Below, piece by piece: positions 10,552-20,835 of a stretch of DNA of 64,000 bases. The number at the start of each line of letters is the position of its first letter. Position 1 is the first letter of the stretch. Under the pieces are notes generated by a model. That model ran no database searches. It saw only the letters and a list, made by a program, of their open reading frames with translations, and was not told the origin of the DNA. This DNA is from an uncultured Nitrososphaerota archaeon (GTDB lineage: Archaea; Thermoproteota; Nitrososphaeria; Conexivisphaerales; DTJL01). A program made the translations under genes and the position numbers. The DNA lies in NCBI GenBank assembly GCA_963842885.1, contig CAWJIE010000003.1, positions 32,001 through 96,000 of the forward strand. Direction: 5' to 3'.

Positions 10552-10866
10552 ATGTTCGTACCAATGCTGCTGCAAGGTTCGGAATGGCTGATAGTGATCG
10601 TCATCGTAGTCGTTCTGATCTTCGGCGCCGGCAAGATCCCCGACTTGGCGAAGTCCCTCGGACGCGCCCAGGGCGAGTTCCAGAAGGCGAAGGTCGAGTC
10701 CGAGCTGGAGGTCCAGAAACTCAAGGCTTCGGCGTCGACTAGTCCCAGCCAGCCTTCCTCCGACGCGCGCGTCAGGATGATCAAGGCCGCCAGCGAGCTC
10801 GGCATCTCCACCGACGGAAAGACTGATGCCGAGATTTCGGCAGAAATCAAGAAGGCCCTGGCCTGA
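10552..10866 (+). CDS. tatA: Twin-arginine translocase TatA/TatE family subunit
   Basis: GSEWLIVIVIVVVLIFGAGKIPDLAKSLGRAQGEFQKA with an archaeal-type tail ASELGISTDGKTDAEI. Confidence 0.92.
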   Translation: MFVPMLLQGSEWLIVIVIVVVLIFGAGKIPDLAKSLGRAQGEFQKAKVESELEVQKLKASASTSPSQPSSDARVRMIKAASELGISTDGKTDAEISAEIKKALA

Positions 10867-11101
10867 ATCACCACTTCTGACCCGCAGGCTCCACACTGCG
10901 AAATCGTGTGGACGGAGACAGCAGGAGTCAGGACCACTGTCTAGACGTTGGCTTCGACGGGCTATTCATGGTGTAGCACAACCACCTGGAACGGCACGAG
11001 GGGCTGGCTCATGTCCCCGTGAAGTGAGCCCATCTTGGCAGTATCCGGCCCCAAGGGGAGAAGGCTTTAGTACAGGGAAGGCGTCTCCGGGATATCTGCA
11101 G

Positions 11102-11462
11102 GTGATTGCGGAACGGCGATAAAGGGGTCGGAATGGGTCGCAGTCGCCCTGATAGGGTGGGCGTTCATCTCGGACACTGACAAGCTCCCCGAGAAGATGC
11201 GGTCCCTGGCCAAGGCGAAGCAGCAGTTCGACCAGCTCAGCGCCCAGGCGAAGGACGCCCTGGACAGGGCCGTGAAGAACTTGGAAGCGGAGGGGGGGAC
11301 GCGAAGGCCTCTCCTGTTCCCCTCACCGAGTCCGAGACCAGTGGGCCGCGCTCACTGATCGACCTCGCTCGCAGGCTCGAGGTCCCCACCGAAGGAAGGA
11401 CCGCCGAGGAGATCGCCGACTCCATCGCGAGCCGTGCTATCCATGCGGCGCAGCAATCCTAG
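11102..11462 (+). CDS. Second TatA/TatB-like paralog (frameshifted, absent from the ORF track)
   Basis: Manual translation IKGSEWVAVALIGWAFISDTDKLPEKMRSLAKAKQQFDQL..., shift in a G7 run near 11292-11298, then ...LIDLARRLEVPTEGRTAEEIADSIA. Start uncertain. Confidence 0.7.
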
Positions 11463-13020
11463 GTCGAAGGGCAGCCCGCGGGCAGGGGGACCCGGCGGAG
11501 ATGCCGACGCCACTACGTCCAGTTGGGCCGGCATCTTCAGCGGGATGAAGGAGAAGCTGATGCGTACCCTCCGGTCCCGGGAATTGCGGCTCTTCCTGTT
11601 GGTCTTTGTCTTGCTCTTTGTCTCCATCCTACCCCTCTCTGGAAGCAATGAGAAGAGCCACTTTGCGCTGACGGCAGCCATGGCGTCCAACCACACGTTC
11701 GTCATTACGGGCTATGAGTCGTTCGCGATGTTAGATGTCAGCAACTATTCGGGCGCGTCCTTCAGCGCCTTGGCTCCCGGATTGTCCGTCCTGCTCTTGG
11801 TGCCCTTCGCGATCGGGACCTTCTTGGGGCCGGCGATAAACCCCTTCCTCGGAAGCTTCGCTGTAGCTGGCTACGCGACCGGTGGTGAAGTCCTCCTGGT
11901 CCAGCTGTTCTCAGCTATCTGCACCGCGGTCTCCGCGGTCTACGTCTACAAGTTCTGTCTGGCATTGGGGTCGAAGAGGACCTCGGCCACAGCGACCGGT
12001 CTGACCTATGCCTTTGCGACCATAGTATGGGTGTATGGCAAAACCAGCTTCGCTCATACATATTCAGCCCTCTTCTTGGTCATAGCGTATTACTACCTTC
12101 TCAGGGGGGCCATTCCCCGCAGAAGGAACATGCTGTTCGCGGGGATCTCTGCGGCATTGGCCGTTTCCGTCGAATACACGAACCTCCTGCTGCTTCTCCC
12201 CGCCCTGGCGCTCTTGGCGACGAAGCGAGGAAAGAGCACAAAGGAGTACGTCGCGTTCCTCTCTCCCATCGTCGCGGGGGCCTCTCTTTTGCTCCTTTAC
12301 AACTACGTCTGCTTTGACAACCCCCTCGTCTTCCCCGAAAGCCACTGGGTCGGCTATGGAGCGCCGGTCTCCGACCTGCTGAAGGAGTTTTCGACGCCCC
12401 TCCTCGTGGGACTGCAGGACCTCCTGGTCTCGACGGCCCACGGACTGTTAATGTTCTCCCCCATTCTCGTCCTGGCTGTCCCTTCCTTCATCCTCCTGGC
12501 GAAGAGAAGGAGGAAGGAGGCCCTCGTCTTTGCAAGCGTATTCTTCATCAACCTCGTGGTCTACGCAACATGGCATGAGCCGTCGGGAGGAGGTTCATAC
12601 GGTCCAAGATTCCTCGTCGCGTCCCTTCCCTTTCTAGTCGTGCCGATGTCTCTCTTGATTGAATCGATATACCGCGCGCGATCCACCGTTCCAAGATGTG
12701 GAGGGGTCCTCTGTTTGACGGGGCTCTTCTCTGCCAGCGTCGTGATTTCGTCTTTGGGGGCGGTCACTTCCCCTACTGGCGATTTCACCATCGTCTTTCT
12801 CCAGATCTTGTCGGGTCACCCCCCCGCCCTGTTCGACCCGCGGGTCCCTCTTCTTAGCGACCTCACATATCCGGTATTCTTCAATCCGGCGAAATTGTTG
12901 AACGTCTCCGAGCCGGCCGCGGCGGTCGCATTTTGGCTGCTCTTGGCGGCGTGCGCCTGTGGCGCGTTCGTCCTGGCCCTCCGGGATGTCAGGATGGAAT
13001 TGGTTGCAAGTCCTACGTGA
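11434..13020 (+). CDS. Polytopic membrane protein, GT-C fold glycosyltransferase-like (PMT/ArnT-like); start probably near 11545
   Basis: About 12 TMs. APGLSVLLLVPF, YAFATIVWVYG, YNYVCFDNP, GLLMFSP, GGGSYGPRFLVASLPFL. Confidence 0.65.
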   Translation: MLSMRRSNPRSKGSPRAGGPGGDADATTSSWAGIFSGMKEKLMRTLRSRELRLFLLVFVLLFVSILPLSGSNEKSHFALTAAMASNHTFVITGYESFAMLDVSNYSGASFSALAPGLSVLLLVPFAIGTFLGPAINPFLGSFAVAGYATGGEVLLVQLFSAICTAVSAVYVYKFCLALGSKRTSATATGLTYAFATIVWVYGKTSFAHTYSALFLVIAYYYLLRGAIPRRRNMLFAGISAALAVSVEYTNLLLLLPALALLATKRGKSTKEYVAFLSPIVAGASLLLLYNYVCFDNPLVFPESHWVGYGAPVSDLLKEFSTPLLVGLQDLLVSTAHGLLMFSPILVLAVPSFILLAKRRRKEALVFASVFFINLVVYATWHEPSGGGSYGPRFLVASLPFLVVPMSLLIESIYRARSTVPRCGGVLCLTGLFSASVVISSLGAVTSPTGDFTIVFLQILSGHPPALFDPRVPLLSDLTYPVFFNPAKLLNVSEPAAAVAFWLLLAACACGAFVLALRDVRMELVASPT

Positions 13021-13087
13021 ACGATGCCCTATGTGCCCGTGAGCTTTGGATGCAACCTTATTAGCATGTGCGGTCGGAGCCTGAGAT

Positions 13088-14203
13088 ATGAACTGTGCTA
13101 ACTGCGGGGCGCCGCTTTCCGACGATGCGTCATTTTGTTCCAAGTGCGGAAGTCCTACCAATCAGGGGGCCGGCATGGACCAGCAGACTGGTGGCGGCTC
13201 CGCTGCTTCACAATATGGTGCGCCAACTCCAGTCGCTGCTTCCTCCCCGAAGCCAATCATCGCTCCTTCAGGAGTGACTTCGCTGAAGTGCCCCACCTGC
13301 GGCGCTCCGTTAGCTCCCAAATTCGGCGAGATGGTGATAACCTGCGAGTACTGCGGGGCCAGCGTCACTTTGGGAACCCAGGGATGGGCAGACATTCAGA
13401 AGCAGACGATGCTCGCCCTCAAGGTCGCCAGCTCTGACCAAGTGAACTCCATAATCAAGCCGCTGATGGACAAAGGTCTCCTGCACAGACACCTTCAGGA
13501 GAACTCCACTCTGGAGGAAATGAGCCTCTCGTACGTGCCCTACTGGATCGTCAGCGTTTCCGCCCGTACGACCATAATCTCCGTGAATACCGCCGCGCAG
13601 ATTGGACAGACTGCTACGACCGCCGCCCTGATGGGCATCATGTTCGGCGGGATGGGCGGTGGATTTGGAGGGGGCGGTCGCGGAGGAGGCCGCAGACGCG
13701 CTCTGGAGTACGGCGGAATAGGACCCTTTGGCTTGTTCAGCGGGGGCTTCATGTCAAGTCCGATCATGGCCTTCGGAATGGGGATGGGATACGGTGGCGG
13801 AGGAATGAGGAAGACCGAGCAGATGGATGCGAACTACAGTTTTCCTGTGGTTGCACTGAAAGCGCTTACGGAATATCAGCCGCGGAGCTATCAATTTGAT
13901 CTCCAAGGCAGAACGCTGTTCGACATCACCAAGCTGCCCAAGAACATCAAGGTCCTCAACGGAGACATCAGCGAAGACGTTGCGAAATCTCAGGCAAAGA
14001 CCTTGGTTGACCAGCTGCAATCAGAGAGTGCGCACGCGAAATATCACATGATTCAGCAGATAAACACCCAGTCGGACGTCGGGGATGCGGAGTTGCTTCA
14101 CGCTCCGATATGGTTCGCCAGATATGATCACAAGGGGAAGAAGGTCGTGCTGGTCATCGATGCAAACTCCGGCAGAGTAATCAACAGCTTGGGTTTGGAG
14201 TGA
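13088..14203 (+). CDS. Double zinc-ribbon protein (YdjG-like core) with Gly-rich insert
   Basis: CANCG/CSKCG and CPTCG/CEYCG, plus YVPYWIV, LLHAPIWFARY and VIDANSGRV. Confidence 0.75.
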   Translation: MNCANCGAPLSDDASFCSKCGSPTNQGAGMDQQTGGGSAASQYGAPTPVAASSPKPIIAPSGVTSLKCPTCGAPLAPKFGEMVITCEYCGASVTLGTQGWADIQKQTMLALKVASSDQVNSIIKPLMDKGLLHRHLQENSTLEEMSLSYVPYWIVSVSARTTIISVNTAAQIGQTATTAALMGIMFGGMGGGFGGGGRGGGRRRALEYGGIGPFGLFSGGFMSSPIMAFGMGMGYGGGGMRKTEQMDANYSFPVVALKALTEYQPRSYQFDLQGRTLFDITKLPKNIKVLNGDISEDVAKSQAKTLVDQLQSESAHAKYHMIQQINTQSDVGDAELLHAPIWFARYDHKGKKVVLVIDANSGRVINSLGLE

Positions 14204-14318
14204 CGAGCAATCACGATGGCGGCGATGCTGTTTGAGATCAGCATGTGAGAATGAGGCAGTCGTCGATGATTAGAGTCAGTTCAGCCCGCCCGCACTTGAT
14301 GGGAGGAGAAAAAGCGAA

Positions 14319-15417
14319 ATGAAGATTTCAAGGATGATCGTCATAGTTCTGGTGGTCGTCATAATCGCGATAGTCGGTCTCTACGCATATACGAACCTGT
14401 TCGCCCCTCGAAACGAGCAGTTCGCCATGGGATTCGGCACCTGGGTATCCCCTTCAGGTTGGCGGAACGTTCGGTGTGGCCGGGCAGCAGTGCGTCAGCA
14501 ACGGGCGTACATCTATTGCATCGGGGGACAGGATGCCAACGGGGGCCCGCGCAGCGAGGTATACTCCTCCTCGGCGATCTCTTCGTCTTCCGCTAACATC
14601 ACCAGCTGGACATCCGACTCCAATCAGTACCCCCAGACCATAAACGGCCAGGCATGCGTGGTCTATTCCGGCTATGTGTATTGCGTTGGAGGGAGCTACG
14701 ATGACGGCGGTGATGACATTGCTTCGAGTTACTTTGCGCCTCTGAGCAGTGGCGGCGTCGTAGGGAGCTGGAACGTCCACAACGGCGTATCCCATCTCGA
14801 TAGACAGCCAGTCTTGCGTGGCTTCATCCGGATACATTTACTGCGTGGGAGGGAATAATGAGACAGACGGTACCAACGCTGACTCCGTTGCGAGCAGCTC
14901 CGTCTGGTATGCCCAGCTCTCCCCTTCGGGCATCGGTCCCTGGAGCGCTTCGACGGCCTATCCCGAGAACCTCTATTATTCGAGCTGTTACGCGGCCAAC
15001 GGCTACATCTACTGCTTGGGGGGCGCTGACAGTGGCAGCAACCCCGCAAGCGCGGACTATTACGCACCTCTTTCTTCCGCTGGCGTGGGGACGTGGACAC
15101 AGACGACGGCTTATCCAGTTCAAGGAAGCGGTCTGGCCTGCGCAATCTCATCGGGTTACATCTACTGTGTCGGGGGACAGGGGCAACTGAACTTGTACAT
15201 AGACGCCATTTACTACGCGCCGATATCATCTGGAGGCATAGGGACCTGGGAAAAGGCGGCCAACTACCCCCTGAGCGTGGAGACGACCTGCGTCATCTCT
15301 TCGGGCGACTTGTATTGCATAGGAGGTTTCGACAGTAGCTCGGTAGGCGAGAACAACGCCGTCTACTACATCTCCCTCGCTTCGCTCTCTGGCGCGACCT
15401 CGTCCGGCCAGGGATGA
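14319..15417 (+). CDS. Membrane-anchored Cys-paired kelch-like 6-blade beta-propeller (about three frameshifts)
   Basis: N-terminal TM and six repeats C-x4-GYIYC(V/I/L)GG ... YYAPLSS-G-VG-W-x4-YP, spread over two ORFs. Confidence 0.75.
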
Positions 15418-15897
15418 ACAAGATGGTCTTGCCCGCGTGATTTCTCAGCGCGTTGTGAAATCTGCAGGTGGCCGAGCATGAGGTTCCATCGCCGTCAGCC
15501 GCCAACTTCACGGTTCCGTCTGGGAATCTGAAGCCCGCGACACTGAGTGACACATTGCTGAAGTCCAGTGAATCAAGGCTTTGGATATCTATTGCTGCTG
15601 GAAAAGAAATTAATATCATCGGGGCGATGACCTACGGCCAAGTCACGTCGGCGTAGTAGCTGTTGCCGGCGACTGTCACGACATCGGCCCGCCAGATTGC
15701 CAAGATGATTCACTATGTGCTGTGCCTATTCCTCCGCGAGTTCAGGATTCGCCTCGTCGGGTTCTCCAATAGAACGGTTGACCAGGGGCCCGAAGAGACT
15801 CCACCCTTCACTTGCCTGCGGCGGAATCTTAGGTCTGCGAAGCTCAATTGCGGCGGCTGGAGAGCTGATATACGGGGAGGTCCGAAGCGAGTGACGC

Positions 15898-16560
15898 TTG
15901 AGCCCCACGGCCAAGGCGATCGCCTCCACACTACTTGTGCTGCTGGCGATCGCAGTCACAGCCGCCATCATCGAATCAGGATCTCAGTTGCAGACAGATA
16001 CGACCGCAAGGTCAGACGAACTCGTGCAAGCGTTGTTCATCGTCGCACTCGTTGTCGCGCTCTCGATCTTCCTTCCCGGTGCAATCGGGGCTCCCTGGGT
16101 CCCGACTTCGAGGGGCGTGGTAAGGCGCATGCTCGTCATGGCCGACGTCAGGCCTGAGGAAGTCCTCTATGACCTAGGCTCCGGTGACGGTAGGATCGTC
16201 ATAGCGGCGGCCAAGGAGTTCGGCGCGACCTCCATAGGAGTCGAAATAGACCCCTTCCGCTACCTCTTCTCTAGCATCAGGATACGCATCCTTGGACTTG
16301 GAGGCCGAGCCAGGATAGAGTGGAAGAGCTTCTACAATGTGGACCTTGGCAAAGCCGACGTTATAACACTTTACTTGGTGCAGGGGACGAATGACAAGCT
16401 GAAGCCCAAGCTCGAGAGGGAGCTGAAACCAACGTGCAGGGTGGTCTCCCATGTGTTCAAATTCAGCGGCTGGAAGCTGCTGAAGGCCGACGAGAAGGCA
16501 GCCATCTACGTGTACTCTCCTCTACCACCTGGTTCCGACAAGCAAAGACAGGGAAAATAG
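15898..16560 (+). CDS. Membrane-anchored class I SAM-dependent methyltransferase (FAM173-like)
   Basis: Two N-terminal TMs, then GAPWVPT, YDLGSGDGRIV, GVEIDP, ADVITLYL, RVVSHVF. Confidence 0.85.
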   Translation: MSPTAKAIASTLLVLLAIAVTAAIIESGSQLQTDTTARSDELVQALFIVALVVALSIFLPGAIGAPWVPTSRGVVRRMLVMADVRPEEVLYDLGSGDGRIVIAAAKEFGATSIGVEIDPFRYLFSSIRIRILGLGGRARIEWKSFYNVDLGKADVITLYLVQGTNDKLKPKLERELKPTCRVVSHVFKFSGWKLLKADEKAAIYVYSPLPPGSDKQRQGK

Positions 16561-16660
16561 GGGAAAGGATTACGATATCCTCAAGACCGCCAACTTAGCA
16601 GAACCCCGCCCCTGAATCATTAAATACCGGGCCGCTGGGAAATCGAACCGATTTGTATTG

Positions 16661-16819
16661 ATGAGAGACCCGGTATGCGGAATGATGGTTGACGAGAAGA
16701 AGACCAGACTAAAGTCTGAATACAGCGACCAGACCTTCTACTTCTGCAACGCCATCTGCAAGAATGCATTTGACAAAGACCCAGGCAAATACGCCCATAT
16801 GAAGCAAAGGTCGGGCTAG
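16661..16819 (+). CDS. YHS/TRASH domain metal-binding protein
   Basis: Manual translation MRDPVCGMMVDEKKTRLKSEYSDQTFYFCNAICKNAFDKDPGKY. TATA attaaata near 16619. Confidence 0.88.
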   Translation: MRDPVCGMMVDEKKTRLKSEYSDQTFYFCNAICKNAFDKDPGKYAHMKQRSG

Positions 16820-17127
16820 CAATAGCCATTCCAATCGTCTTCTGAGGGCCGCCACCGCCTGATCCGTAACATATGTTGCGGTAAGCGTCGAAGACCCCAA
16901 AGTCCTGCGCACCGCCCAGGACTCTGGTTTGGTGAGAGCTATAATTCGATTCGGAGCACCCATGGAAGACTTGCAATGGGTGAATCTGGATGTCTGTTGC
17001 TGCTACAAAGGTTTGCGATATCCTCAAGGCCCGCTGGCGTGCGCGGGTCAGTCGAAGTCTTCGGACCGTCATTCCGAATGCAAAAGGAGATAAGGGGAGC
17101 GACGCCGGACCGAAGTGCTAGCACAAC

Positions 17128-17511
17128 ATGAGTCTACAGGCTCTGGAAGGCAAGAAATACATCAGCCTTGAGACCTATCGTCGCAACGGGGCAGGGGTTC
17201 CCACACCCGTCTGGTTCATTCTGCAGGAGAATCACGTCTTCGTCTGGACCATCTCCACCTCAGGAAAGGTGAAACGCATGCGAAACAACCCACACGTAGC
17301 AGTCGCCCCCTGTACCATGCGCGGGGAGCCCCAAGGGCCATACGTCGAGGGAGTTGCGACCATGTTTGACGATGACTCCTCTCAGGAGTTGCGCAAGGCG
17401 TTCAAATCGAAATACGGCCTGATGCTGCTCTTGGACAGGGCGGTGCCGCGGCTGGGGAAGAAGGAGAAGCGAGTCTTCGTCTCCATCACTCTGTCCGGCT
17501 CCCATGCATGA
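17128..17511 (+). CDS. PPOX class F420-dependent oxidoreductase (Rv2061-like)
   Basis: YISLETYRRNGAGVPTPVWF, SGKVKRMRNNPHVAVAPCTMRG, KYG. Confidence 0.88.
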   Translation: MSLQALEGKKYISLETYRRNGAGVPTPVWFILQENHVFVWTISTSGKVKRMRNNPHVAVAPCTMRGEPQGPYVEGVATMFDDDSSQELRKAFKSKYGLMLLLDRAVPRLGKKEKRVFVSITLSGSHA

Positions 17512-17691
17512 TCCTACGGCGACGATATCAGTTGCTACTGGGAAGAAATCAATATCATTGACCTGATCGGTGATGACGCCTCTGTCGATTAGTCATCTTC
17601 ATGTTATTGAGAACAAATAGGCCAATTGAACTAAAGAAGGGCCGCCCAGCGGTTGCCTTAGTTTTGGGCATCTACTTAGTGCTGGAAGAGA

Positions 17692-18534
17692 TCACAGCAC
17701 CCTCCCTGGCTCGGACGTCTTTCTGCAGACGATGAGCATATGATCGCTAGAACCGACGGCTCCTGGATGGGTGCAGTACCGCCGGTGGGCGTACATCCAG
17801 GCTTGCCACCTCTTAGGGTCCTTGGACAGCTTGTTGAGCTGTCTTTCGAGAGCCGACGGCACCCACTCGAGGGCAGCCATCTCAACTGTCTCCGCACCTG
17901 CTCCTTCGAAGAGGGCACGCAGTTCCTCAGGCAGGAAGAAGTGGCAGGCCGTGAATTCCCGCTCCCCCAAGTAGTCGCCGGCATCGCAGATGCGCCTGAA
18001 CATGGGAAGCCCGATTTCGTGCTGAAAGGACGCCAGTTCAATGTGGAACACCCCCAGCAAGCTCATAACGGAGACGAACACCGGAGCTTCCGGCTTGGCC
18101 ACACGGAGAAGCTCCCTGGCCGCTTCCTTTCTCCTCCTCTTGTTCAAGACGTGGGAGAGGGGCCCGCCCAAGCACAACACCGCGTCAAAGGAGCTGTCAG
18201 AGAATCTTGACATGTCGTCGATCGAGCCCTCCAGCACGCCGTCTACCATACGAGAGAGGCCCCTCCTCTTGATCATCCTCGAAGCGAATTCCAGGTTTGC
18301 CGATGCAATGTCCAGCAACGTGACCGTGTAGCCATCTTTCGCCAACTCCACCGTATACCTTCCAGGCCCGCCACCAGCGTCGAGGATGTGGCCGCGCCTC
18401 GGCAGGTACTTGTGCAGGAAGTAGAGAGTCGTCTCGAATTCAAGCCTTCGATAGGCCCCACGGGTGAGCCTCACCCATTCCCGCCTCACATTCTTCGTGT
18501 AGTACTCCTTGACGTCTCTCAAGTGTCGGTCCAT
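17692..18534 (-). CDS. Class I SAM-dependent methyltransferase
   Basis: EWVRL, ILDAGGGPGRY, FDAVLCLGGPLSHV. Confidence 0.9.
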   Translation of the reverse strand: MDRHLRDVKEYYTKNVRREWVRLTRGAYRRLEFETTLYFLHKYLPRRGHILDAGGGPGRYTVELAKDGYTVTLLDIASANLEFASRMIKRRGLSRMVDGVLEGSIDDMSRFSDSSFDAVLCLGGPLSHVLNKRRRKEAARELLRVAKPEAPVFVSVMSLLGVFHIELASFQHEIGLPMFRRICDAGDYLGEREFTACHFFLPEELRALFEGAGAETVEMAALEWVPSALERQLNKLSKDPKRWQAWMYAHRRYCTHPGAVGSSDHMLIVCRKTSEPGRVL

Positions 18535-18795
18535 GCGAAGGCGGCGGCTTAAATCCGTTACCGCAGGACGGCTCTGGGACTCCTCCGGTTGCTGTCCGTA
18601 CTGGCGTCATCGCACAACAGCAGACAACGACACAGAGTATAAACCTGAGACCCGCAGACCGGGATTGGAGCCGCGGATGGCCGCTGCGGAAGGAAAGGCA
18701 ACGCTCTTTCCTCACAAGCGAAACCATCGACGGCGTGGGCAAGAGTGCTTCAAAAGAGGAATCCTAAAAGAGGGGTCCGCCATCACTTTGCAAAT

Positions 18796-19200
18796 GTGAA
18801 AGCCTCCGAAGTGATGAATGTGAACATAATCAAGATCCGACCCGACGCGTCCCTTTCCGAAGCCGCAAGGCTCATGCTGAGCCTCGACATCGGGAGCCTC
18901 CTCGTGGTCGAGGGGGCCAAGCTGAAGGGGATACTTACCAAGAGTGACTTCATCAGGCTCGTCGGCAAGAAGAAGGGGGCGAGATTTGTGAAGGACATCA
19001 TGTCCAGCCCGGTGACGACGGCTTCTCCAGACACGAACCTGATTGAGATAGCTAACATCATGAGGCTGAACCGAATAAGACACATACCCGTCGTCGAGAA
19101 AGGATCCGTGGTGGGGCTCGTCACGGACTTTGACATAGCATGTTTCGCAGCCTCCGACCTGGGCCGCATTCTGACCATGTTGAAGCCTCCCAAACTCTAG
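18796..19200 (+). CDS. CBS domain pair protein
   Basis: SLSEAARLM..IGSLLVV..GILTKSD and VKDIMSSPVTT..RIRHIPVV..GLVTDFDI. Confidence 0.88.
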   Translation: MKASEVMNVNIIKIRPDASLSEAARLMLSLDIGSLLVVEGAKLKGILTKSDFIRLVGKKKGARFVKDIMSSPVTTASPDTNLIEIANIMRLNRIRHIPVVEKGSVVGLVTDFDIACFAASDLGRILTMLKPPKL

Positions 19201-19536
19201 TCGTGGGCCGGTCCCTCTTGGCGGCTAAGCACCAAATCAACACGCTCAAAAGGTCACAAGTCTGGAGCTAGGGTGTCCTCCTCCTGTCTGGCGAGCGCCT
19301 TATTGCCAAGTGATGGTGCTTTCGTAGCTGTTGCCGGCGGTGTTGCTTCAAGATCATCGCTAGGTCCGATACCGATGCGGGGAACAGACGACGTTCCCCG
19401 ACACCACGTCGACCAAGCAGCTGTCGCCTGTGCCCCGCGCCCGCAGTTCACTTCTCCTGTCCGTCATTAGCTTGGGTCTGGCCTCTGATGAGCTCGCTGC
19501 AGGCACATGGCAAGGGAAGTCGCCGCCATGCCAAGA

Positions 19537-19646
19537 GAACGTGGGGAACGTCGTGGTGTGGCGGAGAACAGGTCGGACTGAGCGTAGAACGCCCATGGAA
19601 CGAGCATAGAACGTGCGTGTAACGTAATGGGAACTTGGGAGAACGC
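19537..19646. repeat. Helically phased GAACG motif array (about 11-bp period)
   Basis: GAAC starts at 19537, 19546, 19566, 19587, 19598, 19609, 19620 (taac), 19631 and 19641. Confidence 0.55.
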
Positions 19647-19802
19647 TTGCAAATTCCAAGGGTCGCCTTGCCAACGCATGTCCGACTGCTCCGTCTGATT
19701 AGGCCGTGGACCTGAGCGGTGCTCATACCCAATTGGGTTCGGATACCGTCTATCAGGCCATTCGATCTGCTCCGTCACGCGACCTGGATATAGCGAAGCT
19801 GG

Positions 19803-20501
19803 CTAGGCACCGACCAGATGCCCCACCAGGAAGCCAGCCAGCCCAGCGGCCAAGCCAATCGCAGCCATCTGTAGCCCACTCTTCCATATCGACCCGACTG
19901 TTGTCCTTGCCTCGTAGTACCCAATAATGAAAAGGGCTACGCCGCTGACCGTCACCGAGCCAAGCGCGCCCAGGAGGACGTCCTTGCCCACCAGGAAGTA
20001 GGGCACCAGAGGGATGATCGAACCGAAGACGCTGGAGCCCAGCACGATCAAGAAGTTCCTCCTGGGTTCAGATTCGTCGACCTGCTCAAGCCGGAGCTCA
20101 TAGGACATCATGAACTCGAGCCAGGCCTTCGGCTTGGAGACAATCAAGTCGGTCGCACGCTCGAGCTCCTCGCCCTCGTACCCCCATTTCTGGAAGATTC
20201 CTCTCACCTCATCCCTTTCAAGCTGTGGCACCTCCCTCATCTCGGTTTCTTCGCGGCTGACCTCTTTCAGGTAATGCTTTCTCCTCGCAATGGTGGATGT
20301 GTAGGCCACCGCCCCCATTGAGATTGATTCAGCGCACAGTGCCGCAAGGGCTGCGACGAATATCAGTCGGATACCGCTCGAGGCGGCGGCCAATCCCAAC
20401 AAGACGCCGAGGACATTTACAAGTCCATCCTGACTTCCTAGGATGAAATTGGAGAGGAGACCGGAGCGCGCGTGCAGTTCAGTGGAAACCGCTGGGATCA
20501 A
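19803..20501 (-). CDS. VIT1/CCC1 family Fe/Mn transporter
   Basis: NFILGSQDGLVNVLGVLLG, AESISMGAVAYTS, cytoplasmic E-rich metal-binding region, PLVPY. Confidence 0.92.
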   Translation of the reverse strand: MIPAVSTELHARSGLLSNFILGSQDGLVNVLGVLLGLAAASSGIRLIFVAALAALCAESISMGAVAYTSTIARRKHYLKEVSREETEMREVPQLERDEVRGIFQKWGYEGEELERATDLIVSKPKAWLEFMMSYELRLEQVDESEPRRNFLIVLGSSVFGSIIPLVPYFLVGKDVLLGALGSVTVSGVALFIIGYYEARTTVGSIWKSGLQMAAIGLAAGLAGFLVGHLVGA

Positions 20502-20835
20502 GATGGGCCTAACCTACCAGGGTCGCGATCCCTCTTGCTACGCCGTTTTCGACGTGTCGGGTTCTAAACATCTCAGGGACGCCCAAGGCCAAGAAGAGGG
20601 CGGACAGCAAAGTGCTTCCATCCGAAGCCATAATTCAAGGAGCCGACTGCGCCGCTTATAGAAGTTGCTTCGCTGGAGGTTCGAGACGTCTCTCTTTCGG
20701 CAGCAGGCCACCGCCAACCGACTGAAGGCGCTCACCCTGGCCGGGCGTCGCTCCCGCGGCGACTTCCCTTGATTGGTCCCTGTGCAAAGGAGGGACCTCC
20801 GCCGATGGTCCGAGGATATGCGGAGGTGGTCTGGA

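Noticed and set aside
19537-19646. CRISPR array
   Set aside because: The unit is about 11 bp with a 5-bp core; there are no 25-40 bp repeats with unique spacers and no cas genes.
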